Positions 29,248 to 37,721 of a stretch of DNA of 64,000 nucleotides are shown here, piece by piece. Below the pieces are notes generated by a model. That model was not told where the DNA came from. It did not search any database and was given only the letters and a program-made list of their open reading frames with translations. Each line of letters opens with the position of its first letter. The stretch's first letter is position 1. Origin of the DNA: Symbiobacteriaceae bacterium (lineage in GTDB: Bacteria; Bacillota; Sulfobacillia; Symbiobacteriales; Symbiobacteriaceae); assembly GCA_036562385.1 (NCBI GenBank), contig DATCKG010000048.1:1344-65343 (forward strand), given 5' to 3'. The position numbers were made by a program, and so were the translations under genes.

Positions 29248-30118
29248 AGGCTCTCCCCCACCGCGTGATGATCCAGCGGACGACAGCAACGCCCGCGAAG
29301 GTGGCCAGCGCGTTCAGGATCGCCACGGCAGAAGCGTACCCGGCCTTGAAACTGGCAAAGGCCTGGCTGTAGATCTCCAACTGCCAGGTATGGGTGGCCA
29401 GGTTCGGACCGCCGCCGGTCAGGACGTAGGGCTCGGTGAAGATGCCGAACATCAGCCCCACCGCCAGCACGATCACGGTGTAAAACGCCGGATACAGCAT
29501 GGGCACCGTGATCTTGCGGAATTGCGTCCACCATCCGGCACCGTCCAGCGCCGCGGCCTCGTACATCTCACGAGGAATCGAGCGGAGCGCCGCCAGGAAA
29601 ACCAGGGCATAGTAGCCTGAGAACTTCCAGGCGATCAGCGCCGTAATCACCATCGTAGCCCACCAGGGGTGGGAAAGCCACGGAGGCTGAAAGCCAAGAA
29701 GGGAGACAATCAGCTTGTTGGCCGGGCTGTTGACGGCAATCAGCCCTTTGGTTACGAGGGCCATGGCCACGCCGCTGGCAAGGTAAGGCAGGAAGAAAGC
29801 CACCGTAAAGATGTTTCCCCACACCGTCAGGGAATTAAGCAGCAGCGCGATGGCCAGGGAGATGGCAAGGGTGAGCGGCACAAAAAGCACCATGAACTTG
29901 AACGCGTTGACGAAAGCCGCCGCCACCTTGGGACTCTGGAACGCCGTGATGAAGTTGTCCAGACCCACGAAGTTGCGCTTTGGCGAAACCAGATTCCAAT
30001 CCGTCCCTGCCAGGGCGATGGCCCAGAACAAGGGGATCACGAAAAAGACCAACGTGTAGATTATATAAGGGGCTGTCAAAAGCCAGCCCCTTACCTCGTA
30101 GTACTTGCGCATACCCAT
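29231..30118 (-). CDS. Carbohydrate ABC transporter permease
   Basis: 295 aa. EAA loop EMYEAAALDGAGWWTQFRKITVP. Confidence 0.85.
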   Translation of the reverse strand: MGMRKYYEVRGWLLTAPYIIYTLVFFVIPLFWAIALAGTDWNLVSPKRNFVGLDNFITAFQSPKVAAAFVNAFKFMVLFVPLTLAISLAIALLLNSLTVWGNIFTVAFFLPYLASGVAMALVTKGLIAVNSPANKLIVSLLGFQPPWLSHPWWATMVITALIAWKFSGYYALVFLAALRSIPREMYEAAALDGAGWWTQFRKITVPMLYPAFYTVIVLAVGLMFGIFTEPYVLTGGGPNLATHTWQLEIYSQAFASFKAGYASAVAILNALATFAGVAVVRWIITRWGRAYGYEE

Positions 30119-30121
30119 GAC

Positions 30122-31459
30122 CTACTTCAGCATGTTCTCCCAACTGGTCTTCACAGCTTCGAACGCCTGTTCCGGGGTGACCGTGCCGTTGATCAGCGGG
30201 ATCATCATGACTTCCGTCATGTTGTTCTGCAGATCCGTGAACTCCTTGCGCATGATCGGCGGAACCGCCGTGGGCACGGCATCTGCATAGACCTTCAGAC
30301 CCGCGTTCTGCTCAAAGTACTGCTTGAAAGCCTCGTTGGCGGTCAGGTCGCCGCGGGCAGGCGTCAGACCGGTCATCTCCAACCAGGTGGCGTCGTTTTC
30401 CGGATTGGAGAGGACCCACTTGATAAAGTCCCACACAGCCTGCTGCTCGGCTTCCGTGGCGTGCTTGTAGATCACGATACCCTTGGCGTCGGCAAAGGTC
30501 TTGGGAGTCTTGCCCTCCGGGAAGTTGTCAGGCACAGGCGGGGGCGTGAATACCACATTCTCGCCAATCTTCAGCTCGGGGAACTTCTCGGCCCAGTAGG
30601 GCAGCTGCCACGGGCCCACGACCGCCCAGATGGTCAAACCGGTCTCGAAGGGATCGGTGGCCTCGGCAGTCAGCAGCAGCCCCTTGTCGTTCAGATCCTT
30701 GATGAACTGCAGCACCGCCACGGCTGCGTCCTTGTCCGCGGTCACCTTGTTCTCCGTCAGGAACGGTGTGCCATCAGAGGCGGCATAGTAGAAGGTGAAG
30801 AAGTCAAACCAGCGCTCCCACCACTTCTGCGGGTCGATCAGTTCCTTCCGGGCCCACAGGTACTTGTCCGGATACTGGGCCTTCAGCTTCTCGCCCACCG
30901 CCAGGATTTCACTGTAGGTGCGCGGCGGTTCGTTGAAGCCCAGTTCCTTCAGGATGTCCATCCGCCAGGCGCAGAGCATGGCGTTGGAGTAGATGGGCAG
31001 AATGTACTGGTGGCCGTCGGCGAACTTCCAACCCTCTACCAGTTCCTCGGCCTTACGGGCCTTGATCAGGTCCTGGTAGCCAGGGAGCGTGTCCAGGGGC
31101 ACCAGTGCTTCACTTTCGACCAACTGAGCGCCGAATCCGACAAAGATGTTTTCCGATGCCGTCAGCTTCTGACCGCTGGACAGGGCCGTCAAGATACCCG
31201 CCTCAGAGCTGGGGGACTCAGGAATCGGAGCGACTTCAATCTTGACGTTGGGGTGTTCTTCCATGTACTTGTCGGCCATCGTCTTCCAGAACTGCTCCTG
31301 GGTCGGGTTGGGCGCAGACCAGAAGACAATGCTGACCTGATCCCCAGACCCGCCTTCAGGAGGTTTGGACCGGCCGCCGCAACCGCCCAGAACCAGCGTC
31401 AGGGCCAGTGCGGCTGCCATGATGAGCGCCACTCTACTCTTCCTGAGCACTGATCTCAC
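30122..31459 (-). CDS. Sugar ABC transporter substrate-binding lipoprotein
   Basis: 445 aa. Lipobox LVLGGCGG. Family-1 solute-binding protein. Confidence 0.85.
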   Translation of the reverse strand: MRSVLRKSRVALIMAAALALTLVLGGCGGRSKPPEGGSGDQVSIVFWSAPNPTQEQFWKTMADKYMEEHPNVKIEVAPIPESPSSEAGILTALSSGQKLTASENIFVGFGAQLVESEALVPLDTLPGYQDLIKARKAEELVEGWKFADGHQYILPIYSNAMLCAWRMDILKELGFNEPPRTYSEILAVGEKLKAQYPDKYLWARKELIDPQKWWERWFDFFTFYYAASDGTPFLTENKVTADKDAAVAVLQFIKDLNDKGLLLTAEATDPFETGLTIWAVVGPWQLPYWAEKFPELKIGENVVFTPPPVPDNFPEGKTPKTFADAKGIVIYKHATEAEQQAVWDFIKWVLSNPENDATWLEMTGLTPARGDLTANEAFKQYFEQNAGLKVYADAVPTAVPPIMRKEFTDLQNNMTEVMMIPLINGTVTPEQAFEAVKTSWENMLK

Positions 31460-31508
31460 CCCTTGTGAGAATTTCGCCTTATGTCAACCGTCCGTTGCCG
31501 GCGGTGAC

Positions 31509-32501
31509 CTAAGCCGTTGAGGCACGAACAACCAAGGAAACGTGCATCATGGCCGTAACCGGCGTCAGATCGGGCCTGGTAAGCCGCTCCAGGAGCCGCT
31601 GAGCCGCCAGGCGTCCCATCTCCGCCTTGTCCACCCGTACGGTGGTCAAAGCCGGTTCCGCCATGCTGGCCAGAGGTACGTCGTCGAATCCCACCAGCCC
31701 CAGTTCGCTGGGAACGGCAATCCCCTTGGCCCTGGCTAGAGCCAGGATATGCAGAGCTGTCATGTCATTTCCCGCCACAATGGCCAGCGGGAACGGGTAG
31801 GTCGCAATCAGATGGTCCAGCACCTGCTGGGCCTTCAGCCAACCCCGGCCTACCTCGCAAATCTCATACCGCAAGTCGGTGCGGCCGGAGGCGGCGATGG
31901 CCTGGCTGAAGCCCCGGGCTCGCGCCGCAAAAGACGCATCGTCCAGGGTCTCGCACAGGTACGCGAGATTCTGGTACCCCCGGGAGAGCACGAAGCACGT
32001 CACAGCCTCCGCCCCGCCCACGTTGTCGGATACCACGGAGTCGACGCCGTGGACGTGTTTGTCGATCACCACCACCGGCAGCTTACGCTGGACGCCCTCC
32101 CTGGCCAGCTGATCAGGAGTGTCGGCGCCCAGCAAAATCAGCCCGTCATATCGGGAGAAGGTCTCGTTTAAGAGCACATCGAAAGGCTCCTCGGGATCAT
32201 AGGGACAGAGGGCAAGCTCATGCCCCTCCTCGCGCATCACCTTGTCGATGGCACTCAGTACTTCGCCATAGAAGGAATCCCCCACCATGCCGTAGCCTTC
32301 CAACCGCCTGGGGATGGCGATGCCGATCCGGTTGGGGAGGGCCGTACCTGATCGCTGCTCCCGTTGCATTGAACGAAGGACTGCCCTCACCCGTTCGGCC
32401 AGTTCAGGGCTGACGTTGCCCTGCCCGTTCATCACCCTGGAAACAGTGGCAGGAGATACGCCGGCCCGTCGGGCAATCTCTCTCATGCTCCATCGCTTCA
32501 C
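31509..32501 (-). CDS. LacI-family transcriptional repressor
   Basis: GTG 32501 lies 9 nt after SD GAGGAGTGG. HTH MREIARRAGVSPATVSRVMNG plus a sugar-binding fold. Confidence 0.85.
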   Translation of the reverse strand: MKRWSMREIARRAGVSPATVSRVMNGQGNVSPELAERVRAVLRSMQREQRSGTALPNRIGIAIPRRLEGYGMVGDSFYGEVLSAIDKVMREEGHELALCPYDPEEPFDVLLNETFSRYDGLILLGADTPDQLAREGVQRKLPVVVIDKHVHGVDSVVSDNVGGAEAVTCFVLSRGYQNLAYLCETLDDASFAARARGFSQAIAASGRTDLRYEICEVGRGWLKAQQVLDHLIATYPFPLAIVAGNDMTALHILALARAKGIAVPSELGLVGFDDVPLASMAEPALTTVRVDKAEMGRLAAQRLLERLTRPDLTPVTAMMHVSLVVRASTA

Positions 32502-32542
32502 AGAGGTGCTCCACTCCTCGGGAGTCTTCCGAGCCCCTGGCA

Positions 32543-32559
32543 GGAAACACAATGTTTCC
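32543..32559. promoter_or_regulatory. Candidate LacI operator GGAAACA-CAA-TGTTTCC
   Basis: Perfect 7+7 bp palindrome 42-58 nt upstream of the lacI-family start. Confidence 0.5.
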
Positions 32560-32733
32560 CGCTGTTTCTCCCCACCGCCAACGTACAATGCTGCACTCTC
32601 CCTGTCAAACGTTCGAGGGTCGCAAAGCAGTGACCCTTTTGGTCAGTGCCTTTAGGCCTATGTAAAGAAATATCAACACACCGTGGCGCTTTTTCCGGGG
32701 TGTGGAGCGGGTGTCCATGCTTCCGGTCCCTGG

Positions 32734-32762
32734 CAGAAACGCGAGAAACAGTTTCGTTTCTG
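32734..32762. promoter_or_regulatory. Second GAAAC/GTTTC-containing palindrome
   Basis: CAGAAACG-N13-CGTTTCTG enclosing GAAAC-A-GTTTC, about 190 bp from the first site. Confidence 0.3.
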
Positions 32763-32783
32763 GATGGGAAAACTCACCGGTGC

Positions 32784-32814
32784 TTGACCCTGACGCTGCG
32801 TCATCCTGTAGGCT
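32784..32814 (+). promoter_or_regulatory. MerR-type promoter with 19-bp spacer and internal dyad
   Basis: TTGACC (32784-32789), a 19-nt spacer holding the dyad TGACGC-T-GCGTCA (32791-32803), then TAGGCT (32809-32814). Confidence 0.6.
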
Positions 32815-32834
32815 CACCCCAGGGGGTGGAGATA

Positions 32835-33593
32835 GTGTACACCGTAAAGATGGTCGCAGACCTGGCAGGGGTCAGCATCCGCACCCTGCACTACTACGAC
32901 CAGATCGGCCTGCTCCGCCCCGCCCCCGTGAGCCCGTCCGGCTACCGCCTGTACGCCGACGCGGACCTGGCCCGGCTGCAGCAGATTCTCTTCTACCGAG
33001 AACTCGGCTTCAGCTTGCAGCAGATCAAAGAAATCCTGGACCGCCCCGGCTTTGACCTGCGGGAGGCGCTGCAAAATCACCGGGAAATGCTGCTGGCGCA
33101 AAAGGAACGGCTGGAGCGGCTGATTCACACGGTGGACCGGACGCTGGAGCGCATGGAAAGGGGAATGCCGATGGAACCAAAGGACTGGAAGGAGCTCTTT
33201 GACGGGTTCGATCCGAGCCAGTACGAGGAAGAGGCCCGGCAGCGTTGGGGTAAGACCCAGGCCTATCAGGAATCGGTAGAGCGGGCCCGCCGCTACACCC
33301 GGGACGACTGGGAAAGCATCAAGAAGGAGAGCCAGGAGATTTACCAGCACCTGGCGGACCTGATGGACCGGGCGCCGGACGACCCGGAGGTGCAGCACTG
33401 GATCGGCCGGTGGCACCAGCTGATCGACCAGCGGTTTTACACCTGCCCGCCGGATCTGTTCCGGTGCCTGGGCGAGATGTACCTGCAGGATGAGCGGTTC
33501 ACCGCCAACATCGACCGGATCCGGAAGGGACTGGCCGCCTTCATGAAAGAGGCCATGGCCGTCTATGCGGACCGGCTGGCCACCCGCTCGTAA
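32835..33593 (+). CDS. MerR-family regulator with TipAS-like C-terminal domain
   Basis: GTG 32835 follows SD GGGGGTGGAG. N-terminus VYTVKMVADLAGVSIRTLHYYDQIGLL. TipAS-like tail. Confidence 0.85.
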   Translation: MYTVKMVADLAGVSIRTLHYYDQIGLLRPAPVSPSGYRLYADADLARLQQILFYRELGFSLQQIKEILDRPGFDLREALQNHREMLLAQKERLERLIHTVDRTLERMERGMPMEPKDWKELFDGFDPSQYEEEARQRWGKTQAYQESVERARRYTRDDWESIKKESQEIYQHLADLMDRAPDDPEVQHWIGRWHQLIDQRFYTCPPDLFRCLGEMYLQDERFTANIDRIRKGLAAFMKEAMAVYADRLATRS

Positions 33594-33609
33594 GTCACCC
33601 TTTGAGTCA

Positions 33610-33646
33610 AGCGCCTGCCTCCGGAGTTTGGGGGCAGGCGCTTTCG
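33610..33646 (+). terminator. Terminator of the MerR-family gene
   Basis: AGCGCCTGCC...GGCAGGCGCT followed by TTCGT. Confidence 0.55.
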
Positions 33647-33978
33647 TACTGGATTGACCCACCGCGGCAAGGTTCTTGTGAAAGCTCACAGGAAAACCGG
33701 AATTCGAAGCGAATACTCTAGTACCAGGGGAGAAGGAGGTGGGTGGCCGTTGCATTACACCACCCCGAAGCAGTACCTCAGCGGCCATCCGATGAAGCGC
33801 AGCGAGACCCTCACAAGCCGCGCGGTCGGTGCGGGGACCGCCCGGATTCCCGTGCCGCTGGCCCGCTTTAGGGCTCCGTTGTGCGCGACAGCCGATCCTT
33901 CCATCCGCTGGGACAGCCCGTCGGGGCGCCGCCTTCGGGTGCGGGCCGTCGCGGCGGGCGAGCAGAGCGTGCTGCACA

Positions 33979-34085
33979 AAATCGCCCTCGTTTCCCAGGC
34001 AAGGTGCTGTCGCTGGACAGGTTTCCGTTCGGACCTGCCGGCGGCTGTCCCTTGCTTGTGAACGAGGGCGATCTTTGTCTTTCCC
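33979..34085 (+). other. Large nested hairpin with U-rich tail (terminator/attenuator-like)
   Basis: Outer 12-bp stem ATCGCCCTCGTT (33981-33992) / AACGAGGGCGAT (34061-34072). Inner pairs GCAAG/CTTGC, and GGACAG can pair with either CTGTC or CTGTCC. Followed by CTTTGTCTTTCC. Confidence 0.35.
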
Positions 34086-34232
34086 CGCTCATCGCGTCAC
34101 CGCCGTCTGCTCTGCGGAAACACCACGCTCCGGGCGCCTGGCGTCGGTGGAAACCCGCAGGCCACAGCAGACCGGTCGGGCCATGGTGTTCTGGGCGCCG
34201 CAACCATATGTCTGCGCCGGGAGGAATGCCAC

Positions 34233-34796
34233 ATGGGTCACAGGCTCTACGAAGGCATGTCGATTCGGGAGATCACAGAGTACCTCTTCTGCGAAGACGA
34301 ACTGACCCCCGCCGACCTGATCATCGTCTTCGGTGGCAAGCGGCTGGAACGGGCGGAACGGGCTGCCGCTCTGTACCATGCCGGGTGGGCTCCGCACATC
34401 GTCATCACCGGAGGCGACAAGCGGCATACCGGCATCTGCGAAGCAGAACGGCTGAAGCGTCACTGCATGCTCCTAGGTGTACCGGAGGAAGCGATCACCA
34501 CCGAATGCGAGTCGGTCAACACCCTCGAAAATGTGCGGATGACAGTGGCCCTGGTAGAAGAAAAGTTCGGCTGGCGGAACATCAAGAACGTGATCTTGGT
34601 CTCGGCGCCCTATCATCTCCGGCGAGTAAAGCAGACCCTGGCCCGGTATATCCCCCGGTCTGTCAAGATCACCTGCTGCCCCGACACCCGGACCGACATC
34701 ACCAAGGACAACTGGTGGCATTCGCAGGAGGGCCAGCAGGCCGTCTATCGCGAGCTGGAAAAGCTGCGGGTCTACGCGATGCAGGGGGAGCTGTAG
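34233..34796 (+). CDS. DUF218 (YdcF/ElyC/SanA-like) protein
   Basis: 187 aa. Motifs LIIVFGG, IVITGG, ENVRMT, ILVSAPYHLRR. Confidence 0.8.
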   Translation: MGHRLYEGMSIREITEYLFCEDELTPADLIIVFGGKRLERAERAAALYHAGWAPHIVITGGDKRHTGICEAERLKRHCMLLGVPEEAITTECESVNTLENVRMTVALVEEKFGWRNIKNVILVSAPYHLRRVKQTLARYIPRSVKITCCPDTRTDITKDNWWHSQEGQQAVYRELEKLRVYAMQGEL

Positions 34797-34842
34797 CCAA
34801 CCACAACAAACCACTTCGCCTGATTCCTTGCCCTGCAGCCGT

Positions 34843-35745
34843 TTAGCGGTCTGGCAGGGCATCTGTTTTGCCGCCGCGCTGCTCCGGATCCAGCAGGGCC
34901 AGCCACAGGTAGTAACAGGCCAGGGCCCGGTAGGGCATCCACCGCTCCCCCAACCGCCGCACCTCGGCGGCTGTGGGCTGGTGCGGCAACCCGTAAAAGC
35001 GCCTGACGGCGTTGCGCAGACCGATGTCCTCGGCTGGGAAGGCCTCCGGTACGCCGGCGTCCATCAGGACACACTCTGCGGTCCACCGCCCCACCCCCCG
35101 AAGCCGGGTGAGCTCTGCCACCGCCGCCGGATACGGCAGGGCAGTCAGGGCCGGCAGGTCCAGGCGCCCGTCCACGATGGCCCGGGCGGTGTCAATCAGG
35201 TACTCCGCCTTCTGGCGGGAGTACTGCACCGCCTGTAGCTGTTCACGGCGGAGGGCGGCCACGGCCTCGGGCCCGGGGAAGACCGGCAGACCCTTGTAGG
35301 AGATCCCCGTGAGGGAGACCAGCCGCTCCAGCAAGCGAAAGGCAAAGGCGACGCTGACCTGCTGACTGATGATGGCCCAGGCCAGCGCCTCCCACGGGGA
35401 AAAGGGGGCGATGGGCTTGGCCCCCCGGTAGGTACGGGCCAGATTCGCCATCACCGGGTCCGCCTGGTCCATATGCCGGGAAAAGGCTAGCAGGTCCAGG
35501 TCCAAATGAAAGGCCCGGCGCACCGCCGCCAGGACCGACTCGGGCCTGAGGTCGCCCTCGATCTCTACCGCCAGGTCCTCCCCCTGCTGCCACACCCGGA
35601 TCATTCCCAACCGGCCCTCCATCTCCAGCGCCCGGACGTAGACCGGGCCTGGCTCCACCCGGGCGACCACCTGGCGGGGCATGTCCGTCAGGCGTTTGAG
35701 GCTGAGGGCGAAACAATAAGGCTGAACCGGCTTCAGCAGGTACAC
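34843..35745 (-). CDS. alkA: DNA-3-methyladenine glycosylase II (AlkA-like, HhH-GPD)
   Basis: GTG 35745 lies 6 nt after SD GGAGGAGGAG, giving 300 aa. HhH LTRLRGVGRWTAECVLM. The 85-codon upstream extension to 36000 is low-complexity. Confidence 0.8.
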   Translation of the reverse strand: MYLLKPVQPYCFALSLKRLTDMPRQVVARVEPGPVYVRALEMEGRLGMIRVWQQGEDLAVEIEGDLRPESVLAAVRRAFHLDLDLLAFSRHMDQADPVMANLARTYRGAKPIAPFSPWEALAWAIISQQVSVAFAFRLLERLVSLTGISYKGLPVFPGPEAVAALRREQLQAVQYSRQKAEYLIDTARAIVDGRLDLPALTALPYPAAVAELTRLRGVGRWTAECVLMDAGVPEAFPAEDIGLRNAVRRFYGLPHQPTAAEVRRLGERWMPYRALACYYLWLALLDPEQRGGKTDALPDR

Positions 35746-36189
35746 GTCAGGCTCCTCCTCCGGGACGGAACGGAAACTCCGCCATGCTGCCCCAGTGGAT
35801 TCGCCTTCCACCCCGGAGGGCTCCTCCCCGCCCGTTCGATCGGCTTTCCTCACATCCAGCGGCTCGAGGGCGGAAAGGGCCGGATCTCGCCCTCCCCGCG
35901 CCTCCCGGCGCCGGGCATCCACCCCCGCATCCAGGCTCGGGCCTGTCTGAGGATCCCCCACCGCCACACGGACCGGAACCGCCGAAGGAGGCGCCGCCAC
36001 ACCCCCCAGCCGGGCGCCGGGTGTCCCCGGGCGTGCCGGCCCCGCTCCCGGGTGCGCCGAAGCCCGGCCTGGCCTCTCAGAAAGGGCGGCTGCCGATCTG
36101 AGCCTCCCGAACGCATCATGCCTCCCTCCCCGTGACCCATAAGCTGCCCAAGCCGCAGGGCCTCAGGGGGCTGGCCCCCAGAAACGAAA

Positions 36190-36228
36190 AAGGAGCCGCT
36201 GCGGTTTGGCGTGCGGCCGCGGCTAACG
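36190..36228 (-). terminator. Minus-strand terminator-like hairpin with no annotated gene upstream
   Basis: The minus strand reads AGCCGC...GCGGCT followed by CCTTTTTCGTTTC. Confidence 0.35.
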
Positions 36229-36417
36229 TCAGGCCGCGTGTGGTCAGCCCTTAGTATGCCCACGGGAGGCCTTTTCCAGCCGTATCGGAAGGCAAGATTT
36301 CCCTGTTATGGGACCGCTTCTGCGCCAGGGGTCCCTGGCGGGGGTGCCTGGCGCATAGCTGGCAGCCAGGACACTGTCTTAGGAGACAGCAGCTTACTTG
36401 GAGTAAAGTTTCCTACT

Positions 36418-36447
36418 ATGACCTTTCCCTTGCGCAAATGGTATATT
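36418..36447 (+). promoter_or_regulatory. Sigma-A-like promoter ATGACC-N18-TATATT
   Basis: -35 at 36418-36423 and -10 at 36442-36447, which is 55 nt upstream of the PH-domain gene. Confidence 0.4.
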
Positions 36448-36501
36448 CGCTGTAGAAGATGCATGATCCGTTTCGAGTAAGCAGTCGTCATCGTCGGCGA
36501 G

Positions 36502-36942
36502 GTGATGCGTTTGCACTATTTTCCCTCCGAACGGGCCTGGTGGTTCCATCTGATCGCGTGGGGTGTTTTTCCCGGAACCCTTGTGCTGTTGCTGATCCAA
36601 CAGTTTCGTGATCCGATCCCGTGGATGACCTGGTTCCTCACGGCGTTCCTGCCGATCCTGCTGTCAGCAGGCTTCACCCTTTGGATCTGGTTTGGAACAG
36701 GCTACACCATTACCGAGACTCACCTCATCATCCGCTCTGCTTTCTTTTCCTGGCGCTACCCCCTGGCCGAGATCACCCGGGTCCGGCCCACTCGGAATCC
36801 CCTCGCCTCGCCAGCTCTGTCCTTGAACCGACTGGAAATTCGCACCCGGAAGGGGCTGTGCCCCCTGATCTCTCCTGCCGACCGGGAAGGGTTCCTCAAA
36901 CTGCTACGGGAGCGGTGCCCGCAGGCCGACATCCGGGGCTGA
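36502..36942 (+). CDS. Membrane protein with bacterial PH-like domain
   Basis: 146 aa. Two or three TM segments, then GTGYTITETHLIIRSAFFSWRYPLAEITRV...LSLNRLEI. Confidence 0.7.
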   Translation: MMRLHYFPSERAWWFHLIAWGVFPGTLVLLLIQQFRDPIPWMTWFLTAFLPILLSAGFTLWIWFGTGYTITETHLIIRSAFFSWRYPLAEITRVRPTRNPLASPALSLNRLEIRTRKGLCPLISPADREGFLKLLRERCPQADIRG

Positions 36943-36972
36943 TGCCATTGCAACTGAACACCGCAAGAAAGA

Positions 36973-37010
36973 CCGCCGAGTCCCTGTGCGGCAGGGCTCG
37001 GCGGCTTTTT
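36973..37010. terminator. Hairpin terminator between convergent genes
   Basis: CCGCCGAGTCCCTG...CAGGGCTCGGCGG followed by CTTTTT. Confidence 0.65.
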
Positions 37011-37025
37011 GATCACGTTGTCGAT

Positions 37026-37679
37026 TCAGCGGATGATCCGCACCGTTTCGTCCCAGGGCTTGCGGGGGCCGGGTTCACGCTCCTGTGCCGGCCAGCCCAC
37101 CGGCACCAGCGCCACGAAGTCCCAACCTTCCGGCACGCCCAGGATCCGCTCGATGTCACCCTTGGCCTGCAGCGGCCCCGCCATCCAGCAGGCGCCCAAG
37201 CCCTGCTGATGCAGGGCGAGCAGCAGCGTCTGAATGGCGCCGCCGATGGTCTGGATCCGGGAGGAGCCAAACCGGCGCCATTCGTCCATCTCCCGGGCTA
37301 CAGGGTCGCCGGGGCCCCGGGCCTCCAGGAGCTTGTCCGCGACGGATTTGTAGCCACCCACCAGCACCGCGATGCAGACGGGGGCATGGCGGAAGAAGGC
37401 GCTGGTCTTGATCCAGCGGTCCGCATGCTCCCGATATGGCTCCGACTCTGGCCAGGAGGCCATGATCCGGCTCCGCTCCTGCACGGCGTCGGCCATCTGC
37501 TCGATGATCTGCTTGTTCTTGATCACCCAGAACTGCCAGGGCTGATAGTTCCCTCCACTGGGCGCCCAGGTCGCCAATTCGATGGCCTTCAGGATCATCT
37601 CGTCCGGAACGTCGTCGGGCTTGTATTTCCGGATAGACCGCCGGGTCTTGACCAAAGTCGCCAGTTCTTCGAATTCCAC
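37026..37679 (-). CDS. Nitroreductase-family protein
   Basis: 217 aa. Motifs RRSIRKYK, APSGGNYQPW. Confidence 0.85.
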   Translation of the reverse strand: MEFEELATLVKTRRSIRKYKPDDVPDEMILKAIELATWAPSGGNYQPWQFWVIKNKQIIEQMADAVQERSRIMASWPESEPYREHADRWIKTSAFFRHAPVCIAVLVGGYKSVADKLLEARGPGDPVAREMDEWRRFGSSRIQTIGGAIQTLLLALHQQGLGACWMAGPLQAKGDIERILGVPEGWDFVALVPVGWPAQEREPGPRKPWDETVRIIR

Positions 37680-37721
37680 AAATCCTCACCTCTCCTTTGT
37701 TGTGAAACGGCAGCAGGCGAC

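Noticed and set aside
29669-31453. 594-aa plus-strand ORF
   Set aside because: It is antisense to the ABC permease and solute-binding genes. No motifs and no SD.
35850-36119. 89-codon Arg/Trp-rich ORF with an apparently strong SD
   Set aside because: The composition (about 30 % Arg, many Trp from CGG/TGG) is what an off-frame reading of GC-rich DNA yields. There is no family resemblance. It is kept only as a remark inside the gap finding.
36278-36313. AGCCGUAU...hairpin resembling the 5' half of group II intron domain V
   Set aside because: The 3' strand (GUUAUGGGA) cannot pair with the AGC triad as GUACGGUUC does in true domain V. No intron-encoded protein, domain VI or exon-binding context is nearby.
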